IMG/VR virus record: IMGVR_UViG_3300033067_002132
Coordinates: 129,746 to 193,745 of that record
Source of the DNA: a virus
Taxonomy: Duplodnaviria > Caudoviricetes
Reading direction: 5' to 3' (one strand)
Length of the DNA: 64,000 bases
Below are positions 1-11,200 of this stretch, piece by piece; position 1 is the first letter of the stretch; every line of letters starts with the position of its first letter. The notes beneath the pieces are model-generated. The model was not told where the DNA came from. It did not search any database and saw nothing but the letters and a program-made list of their open reading frames with translations. A program made the position numbers and the translations under genes.

Positions 1-95
1 GCTTTAATTGTGTGTTTATGCGCTTTTAAATAAGAAATAGCTGAATTACGAAGATTTGCCTTTAATTCTTTAAGTTTTGTTAAATCTTGTTTCAT
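1..95 (-). CDS. 5' part of a hypothetical protein running off the left edge (MKQDLTKLKELKANLRNSAISYLKAHKHTIK...)
   Basis: ATG at 95-93 on the minus strand, open to the window edge, preceded by a GTGTAA motif and hairpin. Confidence 0.6.
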   Translation of the reverse strand, partial: MKQDLTKLKELKANLRNSAISYLKAHKHTIK

Positions 96-106
96 AAAAA
101 TAAAAA

Positions 107-137
107 TTCTACCAATATTTACACAATATTGGTAGAA
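107..137 (-). terminator. Perfect 13-bp hairpin (probable intrinsic terminator) with the GTGTAA motif in its loop
   Basis: ttctaccaatatt-tacac-aatattggtagaa; on the minus strand followed by TTTTATTTTT; lies just downstream of the 162-2306 gene. Confidence 0.65.
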
Positions 138-161
138 AATCGAACTTTATGTGTATTAATT

Positions 162-2306
162 TTAAATTAACTTATTAATTTGTTCTATAACCATTTCGGG
201 CGTAATTTCTTTTGTACATTCAAAATGTTTATCTGTTCCTTTATAAACCGGACACCATTCCCAATCACCACGATCAAATTCAAATCTATTATCATTAAAA
301 CATCCATGACATACATTTTTATTAATTACTCTATATGGAGTTTGAAATTCACTAAAAGTATGAGAAAAACCACTAATTAAAATAGTAGATTTATTTAAAG
401 CCCAAGATAACCACGATAAACCCGAACCTAATCCTATATTAAAATCCGCATCTTTAATATATTTAGCAATTTCTATTAATGATTCATTATGTATGTCTAT
501 AACACCATTAAATCCAGAAAGACTGTTTTCTTTAATAGCTAAAACTTTATATCCTTTATTATTTAAATAATTTATAATATTTTGCCATCCTTTATGTCTA
601 TTCCAATATTTTGCTTGTGCAGTAGATTCAGTAAAAAGACAAACATATTTATCTTTAATTTTCCTTTCATTATTAGGAATAAATATATTTGGTTTTAATT
701 CAATAAAATCTAATCCAAGAATATCTGAAGCAATTTTTTGTAATGGAATTAATCTAGGATCATTTTTATGTATATTTTTATCTAAATAATTAAAAATACC
801 TAAACGATAAGACGCATATAAATTATCAACAGTTGATCCAGGCTCAACAAATTCCATATGACTATAAGTATTCTTAAAGAAATAATTATGAAAAGTAGAA
901 ACAACACAATGACAACTATGTTTTTTTCTAAATTCTTCTACATATGGAAACCAAGCCAATGTGTCGCCTAATGCACGACTTTCAAAAGCAAAGAAAACTC
1001 TTTTATTAAAACAAGAAAAAACATGTTCAAACAAAAAATTTTCTGATTCTGCTTTTATTTTATAGTTTGTAAAATCTTGTTTAGAAGATTTGGCCCAACT
1101 ATTATTTCCTATTGTGGTTTGATATAAAATAGAATTAGAATCTTGATCAATAAAAGAAATTTTATTTAATCCCTCGTCTTTATTTTTTATTTCGATGAAA
1201 GCACCATCTATAAAATTAATAGATATTATTGGTTTAGAAGGTAATGGAGAGTTTTTTATTTCTTCTTTTTTTCTATAATCTGTATTATATATAAAATCTA
1301 ATTTTCGTTCAAAAATATGTTGGCTATTTAAATAAAATTTTGAATTTCGAAATTTATTATTAATATATTGATTATATAAATCTAAAGTTTTTTGTCCTGT
1401 TAATTTCCAATCATATTTCAAAGCGATTTCTCTTGCTTTAGATTGATACGATTGATAATTACTTAAAATGATTTTAATTCCTTCGATAATTTCATTTTCA
1501 TCTCTAGATGTTTTAATTATATCTTTTTCTCCTCCCCAATAACAACCAACAAAAGGAAGTCCGGTTGACATTGATTCGATCATTGTCAAATTAGGATGAC
1601 CGGTTTCTATATTTGAAGGATGAAGAAAAATATGATGATCTTGATATAATTTAATTAATTCTGATTCATTTTTGTCATATACAATATTTAATTTTGGATA
1701 ATCTATAATGTTAACATCAAAAAAATCTTTATTACTATTGGTCGGTCCTGCGATTGTAATAAAATAATTTAATCTTTTTGCTACATTGATAGCAGGAAGA
1801 AAACCCTTTCGATCTTCTGTTTTATTTCTAAGAGTTCCATTATTAGCAACACATAATAATTTAACATTATCGATAGGTGTTTTTCTTTCATAAAAAGAAT
1901 ATAGATTCGTATCTACTCCTAAAGGAAGAAAAACAGTATTTTCTCTAAAATCAAAATAAGATAATAAAAATTCTCCAGGAAAAGTAGTAATAATAGATTT
2001 ATCTATTGCCTCGCAATTATTTAAATAAACCTGAGATTCTTTTCCATATATACAAGCATGATGATCACACATCGAAAAGAAATATGGAATTCCTAAAGAA
2101 GCAAGTTCTCTAGCTTGATTTTCTATATAAACATGAACTATATCAAATTCTTTATTTAAAAGTCTTTGATCGTGTAAATCAACAATGAAAAATTCATGAC
2201 CTAAAGATTCGAAAAATAATTTATAATTCCAAATCATTTTTTCGATTGCTCCCCAATTTTTAGGTGGGATTTCAATATTTCCTGTTAAAATATGCGCTAT
2301 TTTCAT
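162..2306 (-). CDS. GT4-type glycosyltransferase fused to a TibC/Aah-like (autotransporter heptosyltransferase family) protein O-glycosyltransferase
   Basis: N-half GT-B motifs (IPPKNWGAIEK, FLHPSNIETGHPNLTMIESMSTGLP); C-half ESRALGDTLAWFPYVEEF, STAQAKYWN, GLGSGLSWLSWAL, ISGFS and Cys cluster CHGC...WCP...FECTKEIT. Confidence 0.85.
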   Translation of the reverse strand: MKIAHILTGNIEIPPKNWGAIEKMIWNYKLFFESLGHEFFIVDLHDQRLLNKEFDIVHVYIENQARELASLGIPYFFSMCDHHACIYGKESQVYLNNCEAIDKSIITTFPGEFLLSYFDFRENTVFLPLGVDTNLYSFYERKTPIDNVKLLCVANNGTLRNKTEDRKGFLPAINVAKRLNYFITIAGPTNSNKDFFDVNIIDYPKLNIVYDKNESELIKLYQDHHIFLHPSNIETGHPNLTMIESMSTGLPFVGCYWGGEKDIIKTSRDENEIIEGIKIILSNYQSYQSKAREIALKYDWKLTGQKTLDLYNQYINNKFRNSKFYLNSQHIFERKLDFIYNTDYRKKEEIKNSPLPSKPIISINFIDGAFIEIKNKDEGLNKISFIDQDSNSILYQTTIGNNSWAKSSKQDFTNYKIKAESENFLFEHVFSCFNKRVFFAFESRALGDTLAWFPYVEEFRKKHSCHCVVSTFHNYFFKNTYSHMEFVEPGSTVDNLYASYRLGIFNYLDKNIHKNDPRLIPLQKIASDILGLDFIELKPNIFIPNNERKIKDKYVCLFTESTAQAKYWNRHKGWQNIINYLNNKGYKVLAIKENSLSGFNGVIDIHNESLIEIAKYIKDADFNIGLGSGLSWLSWALNKSTILISGFSHTFSEFQTPYRVINKNVCHGCFNDNRFEFDRGDWEWCPVYKGTDKHFECTKEITPEMVIEQINKLI

Positions 2307-2572
2307 TGTAAATTATTTAAATATTCAGCGATAATATCTCCATGACAAATTTGAGGAGAACAAAAACAACCAAGTTTTTTATCTTTTAATTTTAATACAG
2401 CTTCTTTAAATATAGGATCTTTTTCTATTCTATGATTAAAATAACTACGATATTTTTCTATTACTTCTTTTCTTTTTCCATGCGTTCCTATTACATATGG
2501 ATTTCCAAATAAACTTGGTCTTCCTATATAAACATCATATTTATCTAAATTTTTATTTACTACGGTTGTCAT
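2303..2572 (-). CDS. DUF4326-type small protein
   Basis: YDVYIGRPSLFGNPY ... LGCFCSPQICHGDI signature. Confidence 0.8.
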   Translation of the reverse strand: MTTVVNKNLDKYDVYIGRPSLFGNPYVIGTHGKRKEVIEKYRSYFNHRIEKDPIFKEAVLKLKDKKLGCFCSPQICHGDIIAEYLNNLQ

Positions 2573-5259
2573 ACTTTTTTATGTCCTAACCAATTATTTA
2601 AACTTTCTTTTTTATCAAGTAAAGAAAATCCTTTTGCTTGCATAAATTGATAATTTTTAATTGTTCCTAATTTTTCTCCTTTTAAATAATCACTTACCCA
2701 AATATCAAAAACATCCCAAGGTGTTGTTTCTAATAATTCTTTGACTCTTTGATAATTCGATTTTGTAATTAGATATGCATGCATTTCATAAATATTAGAA
2801 CTTATATAATAAAGACCCATATCTTTAGTATCTTCATTATTATAAGCGGGACCGAAACTAAATAATCTAATTTTATATTTTTCAATATCATTATATAATC
2901 CATCTAATAATTCTATAAAAATATTTGGATCAGAAATTAAAACAGAATCACATTCAAAAATTAATAAACCATCTAATCCTTCTTCCCATTCATTTAAAAT
3001 AGCATTTTTATGCGCTAAATAACATCCGTAATGACCAGGGGTTAATTTCATATGCCCAGGATCTAAACTAATATCATTTGGTCTAGAACAATTTTCTTTT
3101 GGGGGTAATAATGTATATGGATTATTTATATTTTGTTTATATTTTATTCCATATCTTTCTAATTGTTTAATCGATAGAATAGATTTCTTTTCTCTTTCAA
3201 CTTCTGGTTGAGATAATAAATGGACACCTTTCAATTTAAATTTTGTTTTAATAGTATTATTTTTTTTATTATGACAAATTAAAATAACATTTTCACAATT
3301 TGAATTAATAACATCGGTGATAACATCGCCAGCTTGACTATAAGATTCTATTTCAAAATTTAGTCTATTTAATTTATCTAATAGAATTTTTGTTTCTTCT
3401 TTTTTACTACTTAAATGGTGCAATTCTATTATTAATTCTTCTGTATTTATTAAAACGTCATCATTTAAATATTCAATAACTTCATATTCTAATCCTTCTA
3501 TATCTATTTTAATAAGATTAATAGGATAAGAAATTTTTTGTGTTTCAATAATATTTTCTATTGTATCAACATCTACAATTTCTAAGTCATAACCATCTTT
3601 ATATTGAGGAATTTTATCTATTTGTTCTTTTAACATAGAACAAAGAGTAGTATTTTCTTTACAAAAATATAATACTTCTTGATTTGTTGTTTTCCCTATT
3701 GCTTTTTTAATAGGAATAACTCTTGAATCATTAGAAAAATTATTAACCAATGCATTATATGCTCTTAGATTTGGTTCAATAGAATATATTTTTTTAGCGC
3801 CTTTAGATAAAGCAAACCGTGTAAAAACACCGCAATTAGCCCCTATATCAATTACTGTATTATTAATTTTATCATTTAATGTAGTATATTTTTTTAAATA
3901 AAAGAATTCATAATAATTATACCATGTTGGATCTATATGATTAGAACCATTAAATATAAATGAATCATATGCTATCGCTTTATTATTAATAATTAATTCT
4001 TTTGATTCAATTAATTGATTATTTTGATCCCAAAATTCTATTAGAAAACCTTTAAAATTATTTAAATGACCAAAATTTAAATTTCCTACAGGGATAACCC
4101 AATATTCTAAATTTTCTATTATATCAGATTCATAACTATGAATAACGAGTTTAGTAAAAATATCTTTAATACTTATTCGAATATTATTTAAACTTTTTGA
4201 TATAGAAAAATATATTTTATTTTCATCTTTAGAATAATAAAGATTATTAAAAGTTTCTTTTTTATTAAAAATAGAAAGATTATTTTTTTGTCTTATTTTC
4301 CATTGATTATAAAAGAAATTGATCTGATTTATACGATCTTCTTCATTTTCTGAAAGAAAGAAAACATTATCAGTATTATCATACATTCCATTATATACAT
4401 CTAAATTATATAGTAAAATTGGTAAATTATAGCTTATTGCTTCTCTAATTACTAAAGGATTTGTTTCTTTATTATTAATATTTCCTTTTGAAGCAAAATA
4501 AAATAAATCCGCTGCATTATAAAAATTTTCTACATCTTTTCTTTCACCCCAAAGTTTACAATTTTTTGGTAAATTTTCTAATAATGGTTTCCAATAATAT
4601 TCAAAATTTGGTGCAGTATTTCCTACAAAATGAAACATTATTTCTTTATCAAGAAAGAATTTTGCTATATTAATAATTTCTTTTTGATTTTTTCTTTCTG
4701 TAAATAAACCAATATTAATTATATGAAATTTATTATCATTTAATCCAAGATTTTTTAATCCCTGATTTTTATTTTTATTAATATGAATTAATGGATATTC
4801 TACTAATTCCATAGGAATATTTAAAGATTTAAATAAATCTATTTGATATTTACTTACAAATACAAATTTATTAGGAAAGTATTTTTTATTATTTATATCA
4901 AAAGACGAATCATGAGATGTTTCATAAATTTGATATTTTCGATTTATTGTATAAATATTATCTGCTAATTCTTTAGATAAAAAATATTCGGGCATTTCTT
5001 CTAAATGAATTATATCAGGATTAAAATCTTTAATTATATTAATTAATATATTTTTATCTTGACCTAAACTAATAAATTGATCTTGATTTAATAATTCTAT
5101 AATTTGATTTTTTTGAATCGTATATTCATCAGAAACATTATCATATTCTATAACTTTAACATCAAAGTTATTTATTAAATATTTTAATTTTGTTAAAAAA
5201 TATTGAGGGCATCCACCAGTAGAAAGATGCGGAACTATACATAAAATTCGATTCGTCAT
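2569..5259 (-). CDS. Trimodular enzyme: GT4 glycosyltransferase + FkbM-type methyltransferase + C-terminal GT25-like/GT-A domain
   Basis: PHLSTGGCPQY, IGLFTERKNQ, ETNPLVIREA (GT4); VIDIGANCGVF, IKIDIEGLE (FkbM); GHYGCYLAH...LIFECD, HAYLI (GT25-like). Confidence 0.8.
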   Translation of the reverse strand: MTNRILCIVPHLSTGGCPQYFLTKLKYLINNFDVKVIEYDNVSDEYTIQKNQIIELLNQDQFISLGQDKNILINIIKDFNPDIIHLEEMPEYFLSKELADNIYTINRKYQIYETSHDSSFDINNKKYFPNKFVFVSKYQIDLFKSLNIPMELVEYPLIHINKNKNQGLKNLGLNDNKFHIINIGLFTERKNQKEIINIAKFFLDKEIMFHFVGNTAPNFEYYWKPLLENLPKNCKLWGERKDVENFYNAADLFYFASKGNINNKETNPLVIREAISYNLPILLYNLDVYNGMYDNTDNVFFLSENEEDRINQINFFYNQWKIRQKNNLSIFNKKETFNNLYYSKDENKIYFSISKSLNNIRISIKDIFTKLVIHSYESDIIENLEYWVIPVGNLNFGHLNNFKGFLIEFWDQNNQLIESKELIINNKAIAYDSFIFNGSNHIDPTWYNYYEFFYLKKYTTLNDKINNTVIDIGANCGVFTRFALSKGAKKIYSIEPNLRAYNALVNNFSNDSRVIPIKKAIGKTTNQEVLYFCKENTTLCSMLKEQIDKIPQYKDGYDLEIVDVDTIENIIETQKISYPINLIKIDIEGLEYEVIEYLNDDVLINTEELIIELHHLSSKKEETKILLDKLNRLNFEIESYSQAGDVITDVINSNCENVILICHNKKNNTIKTKFKLKGVHLLSQPEVEREKKSILSIKQLERYGIKYKQNINNPYTLLPPKENCSRPNDISLDPGHMKLTPGHYGCYLAHKNAILNEWEEGLDGLLIFECDSVLISDPNIFIELLDGLYNDIEKYKIRLFSFGPAYNNEDTKDMGLYYISSNIYEMHAYLITKSNYQRVKELLETTPWDVFDIWVSDYLKGEKLGTIKNYQFMQAKGFSLLDKKESLNNWLGHKKV

Positions 5260-5277
5260 CGTAGATATTATAATCTA

Positions 5278-8200
5278 TTATTTCTTTTCTTCTAATATTT
5301 TAATTCTTCGTTTTAATTTTTCTATTTCTGCGCTTAATTCTTTTACAGAATTAACTAATAAATAAGTAATAGGAGAATCATAAACATGATATATATCTGT
5401 TCTTTCCGTATCATTAGGATCAAGAAATACATTTTTCTTTACTATACAATAAGGAATATTTTTAAGCTGATCTTGAGCTATAATACCTATACCTTTTAAT
5501 CCTTCTTGTGTTTCTCCACGACCATTATATTCAAATTCAAAAGGATTAATTTTATTTACTATATCTAATCCTTGTTTAAAAGATTTAATATTTCTTTTTG
5601 TTCTTGCATCTGAAACAGATCCAGAAGAACCATTTGCTCCTGATGATCCTGATGTTCCTGATGTTCCAGAAGAACCCGATGTTCCGGAAGATCCTCTAGT
5701 TCCTGAAGTTCCCGAAGAACCTCTAGTTCCTGAAGTTCCCGAAGAACCTCTAGTTCCTGAAGTTCCAGAGGTTCCTGCGGTTCCTGAAGTACCAGAAGAT
5801 CCCGAAGGTCCACTTGATCCTGTAGCTCCATTTAAACCTGATGTACCGCTAGATCCACCCCCTCCTGCTCCAGAAGTTCCAGAAGACCCCGCAACGCCTG
5901 TAACACCTGATGTTCCTGCGGTTCCCGAAGAACCAACAGCACCATTAGCACCTGATGTTCCTGCGGTTCCCGAAGAACCAACAGCACCATTAGCACCTGA
6001 TGTTCCTGCGGTTCCCGAAGAACCTGATGCTCCATTTGCTCCAGAACTTCCTGAAGTACCACGAGTACCTGAAGTACCAGAAGATCCTGTTCCTCCATCT
6101 GCTCCGTTTGCTCCTGAAGAACCAGAAGAACCTGAAGAACCAGATGCTCCTGAAGTTTTTTGTTTAATAATTCCATTTTCTATAATTAGAAAATTAGAAC
6201 TAGTTCCTGTATTAACTTTTTTAAGTTCTACTTCATTTGCTATAGAAAAAATATTATCATGTGTCGTAAAAGGTCTATCTGAAATTTCAAAACCACCTAC
6301 TACCGTTATTCCTGAATAACTAGAATAATTTGTAATAATTAATGGTTTAATATATCTAGTAGAAGGTGCAAAAGAAGTATATGCGAAACCAGTATCTTGA
6401 CCCGAAATTATTCCATAATACCATTTTCCTGTTACAGTAGGGGTTGTATCAGCCGCAATAAAATATTTTAATCCACCAGAATTTGTATTAATTAAATTAA
6501 AACCACTATCAAAACATAAAGCACCAGCATAAAACCGTCCAGAAGATGTATTTGCCCCACTTAAATGAGTTCTAGCTGCCCAAATTTTTCCATAATATAA
6601 AGTATCTGGATTAACCGCGATATATTGAGGAATAGCTAACCAATTTCCCGCAAAAGTTCCCTGATGTTTAATTTGATGTAATACTCCTCCTGGTACAGAA
6701 TAACCTGTTAATTCAGGTAAAAGTTTAATTGTAGTATTACTCATGGGGACTGAAGAAATTCCTGATGTCCACATTCCTGTTGTATATCCCCATGTTTCGC
6801 TAGAAATAGGAATAAGATTGGCACCAGCTAATCCACCCATTTGTAATTTAATAAATCCTGTTACTCTTAAACTATCATTAATTAATACATCAGGTTCATT
6901 TAAAGAATTAATTCCTGAAGTAAATAAATTTTGTATATATGCTTCTTGAAATCTATAATTATCTGCTCCTAAATTATAGGATTTAGTTACAGCAGGTCCA
7001 ATATCTCCATTAACTTGTAATAAAAAGGTATTTGTTTCAGGAGTAACACCGATACCGAAAGCATTATTTTTAAAAGAATATATAAATTGATCACCAGCAA
7101 ATTTTGCTAAAATATTATTTATTCCTGATCCTGTAGGTCCATCTGTTGTAACGGTAATAATTGTATTTTGACCATGAGCACCATCTAAAGTTCTTCCACC
7201 GGCATTAATTTTAAAAATATCATCACCACTATTTAAACCACTAGGAAGATTAATACTTCCGTTCCAACGATCATAATGAATAATAAAACGATCATTAATA
7301 GCTCTATTTAATATAGAATGACCCCCACCTATTACAGTATTTGTATAAGTTCTATATCCCGCTCCATTAAAATTAATTTGATTTATACTTGTAGCATCAA
7401 GATCTCCACTTGTAGGAGTTTGAATATAATCTCCTAAAATATGTACTGTTGTTTGAGGATTGGTTGTACCAATACCAATATTAGAACTAATTTCATGAAT
7501 AGGAGTTGTTGTATTTCCTATAGCAGTAGCAGAGGTAAATTTAACTATTCTATTTGTTGTTCCTGATACAGAAATACTACTACCAGATGTTCCCGAACTT
7601 CCTGAAGTTCCCGAACTACCTGATGTTCCTCTCGTTCCTGATGTCCCACTTGATCCAGAAGAACCATCCGCACCATTTATTCCACTTGTGCCTGAAGATC
7701 CTGTTAAACCAGAACTGCCAGACGTTCCTCTAGTACCCGAAGTTCCTGATGATCCTGTTACCCCTGAAGAACCAGAACTTCCTGAAGACCCATCGTTTCC
7801 TGATATTCCACTTGTTCCAGAAGAACCTGTAACCCCCGAACTACCTGAACTACCTCTTGTACCAGATGTTCCAGATGATCCGGTTAATCCAGAGGAACCA
7901 GAACTTCCTGAAGATCCAATTGCTCCGTCAAGGCCACTAGTTCCACTCGATCCTGTAACACCAGAACTTCCACTTGTTCCTCTAGTTCCTGAGGTTCCAC
8001 TACTTCCTGAAGAACCACTAGAACCCGAACTACCTGAAGATCCGCTTGTTCCTGAAGACCCATTAATTCCACTAGAACCGGATGAACCACTAGATCCAGA
8101 ACTACCTGATGATCCTGAACTTCCTGAATCTCCTGCTCTTGCAAATGTTAACACAATAGAATCATCTGTATTAAAAAGACCAGATCCAGTTATGTATGAA

Positions 8201-11200
8201 ACGTTAGCAGCTATATATCCAGGACTAAAAGTTGTATTAGAAGTAATATTAAAAATAGAAAAAATAGAAGAATTATATTCGCCAAAAATTCTTAATGTTC
8301 CTTTTATATTATTCGTACTATAATCTAATCCGCTTAACCAATTAAAAATATTCGCACCATCAGCATTAATATGATCGATATATAATTTATTGATACTTGC
8401 GTATGTCGTATTATTAAATTTTAAATATCCATTTCCTGGATCTACATTAGATGTTCCTGTATTAAATAAATATAATTGAGAGTCACCACCAAAAAGACCA
8501 TTAGAACCAGATGTTCCTGAACTTCCTGTAAGTCCTGAAGATCCTGATGTTCCTCTTGTTCCACTAGTTCCAGAAGATCCAGAAGAACCACTAGATCCCG
8601 AACTTCCACTAGAACCATCATTTCCTGTTAACCCTGAAGTTCCACTAGATCCTGATGTCCCGCGTGTGCCTGATGTACCTGAAGTACCACTTGATCCCGT
8701 TAACCCGCTTGAACCAGAAGAACCCGATGAACCATTAGCTCCATCAATACCTGATGTTCCTGATGATCCAGATGTACCTCGTGTTCCTGATGTTCCTGAT
8801 GATCCAGTTAAACCGCTTGAACCAGAAGATCCAGAAGATCCGCTACTTCCTGAAGAACCATCATTACCATTAATTCCACTTGTTCCACTAGATCCAGACG
8901 TTCCTCTAGTTCCCGATGTTCCACTTGACCCTGTTAAACCACTAGATCCTGAAGAACCAGAACTACCCGCGACACCATCTATACCTGATGTTCCACTTGA
9001 ACCTGACGTTCCTCTAGTACCAGAAGTTCCTGAAGAACCAGTAACTCCTGATGATCCGGAACTACCAGAAGATCCAGTTAATCCACTTGTACCCGAACTT
9101 CCTACTACTCCATCTATACCAGAAGTACCTGATGTACCTCTGGTTCCTGATGTACCAGAAGATCCATTAATACCTGATGAACCCGAACTTCCTGAAGAAC
9201 CAGTAGCACCCGAAGTTCCCGATGATCCTGATATACCTGAACTACCTGAAGAACCGCTTGAACCAGATGTACCCGCTGTTCCAGAAGAACCACTAGTACC
9301 TCTAGTACCTGAAGTCCCTGAAGAACCAGAAGAACCAGAATTTCCCGCTCTACTAAAAGTTAAAATAATATTATCATTTAAAGCAAATAATCCTGTACCT
9401 AATACATATTCTACATTTATAGCGGCATAACCAGAATTATAAATATTATTTCCTGTAATATCAAATTGATGAAAAATAGAACTATTATATTCTTGAAAAA
9501 TTCTTAATGTTCCTTTTATATTATTATTACTTAAATCTAATCCGCTAATCCAGGGTAATATATTTATATTATTTTTATTTAAATTATCAATATAAATTTG
9601 ATTAGCTCCAGAATATCCTGAAAAATTAAATCCTAAATATCCCGTTCCAGGATCTATATTTAATATTCCTGTATTAAATAAAAATGGTATAGAATCGCCA
9701 CCAAAAAGACCATTAGAGCCTGAGCTTCCCGATGTGCCTCTTGTACCAGAAGTACCAGAACTACCTGTAATTCCTGAAGATCCTGAGCTTCCTGAAGATC
9801 CAGAATTACCGTCTATACCTGATGATCCTGATGTTCCTCTTGTGCCTGATGTTCCTGAACTTCCGGTTATACCAGATGAACCAGAACTACCAGCAGATCC
9901 AGCGGAACCAGGATTACCATCTAATCCTGAAGTTCCTGACGTTCCCGAAGATCCATTTATACCAGAACTACCTGAAGTTCCTCTAGTACCAGACGTACCA
10001 GAACTTCCTGAAGATCCACTATTTCCTGAAGTTCCTGAAGAACCTGATAAACCAGAAGATCCAGGTGTTCCAGGCGCCCCGTCTATTCCTGATGTACCAC
10101 TAGAACCTGTTAATCCACTTGATCCTGAAGTTCCGCGAGTACCAGAAGTACCGGATGATCCATTAATTCCGGAAGATCCAGAACTACCACTAGAACCAGA
10201 AGTCCCGCTGCTTCCTGTTAAACCGCTTGATCCTGATGAACCATCTATACCTGAAATTCCTGAAGTACCACTAGATCCTGAGGTTCCTCTTGTTCCAGAT
10301 GTCCCCGAACTACCACTACTACCAGAACTTCCTGAAGAACCAGAACTGCCAGATGTTCCGCTAGATCCTGAATTACCATCGATACCCGAAGATCCACTAG
10401 AACCTGAAGTACCTCTAGTACCCGATGTACCTGAACTTCCTGTTAATCCTGAAGATCCCGAACTACCAGAAATTCCTGAAGATCCAGGTGTTCCCGGTAT
10501 ACCATCTAAACCAGAAGTTCCAGAACTACCACTAGATCCAGAAAGACCAGAACTTCCGCTAGTTCCTCTAGTACCAGATGTTCCAGAACTTCCTGTTATT
10601 CCACTACTACCTGAAGAACCAGACGTTCCACTAGTTCCTGAACTTCCATCTATACCAGACGTTCCAGATGTTCCTCTTGTACCAGAAGTACCTGATGTAC
10701 CAGAAGAACCCGCGGGACCACTTGAACCGGTTGCACCATCTAACCCAGACGAACCAGATGAACCACTACTTCCTGAAGATCCTGAACTACCACTTGTACC
10801 AGAAGTTCCTCTAGTTCCAGAAGTTCCAGAGGAACCACTTGTTCCAGAACTTCCATTATTACCAAACATAGTAAATGAAATTACTAAATTATCATTTAAA
10901 TTAAAAAGACCACTTCCTATAATATAATTAACAAAAATTTGAGCATATCCAGAATTATAAATATTATTACCGGTTATATTAAAAGATGTAAAATTAGAAG
11001 AATTATATTCTTTAAAAATTCTTAAATTTCCTTTAGGATTACTATTAGAAATATCAAAACCAGAAATCCAAGAAACAATATTTAATAAATCTTTATTATA
11101 GTAATCTATACATATTTGATTAACACCAGAATAACCTGAATAACCCGAATAGATTCCAGAATGATTAAAAGAAAAATAACCACTACCAGGATCAACATTT

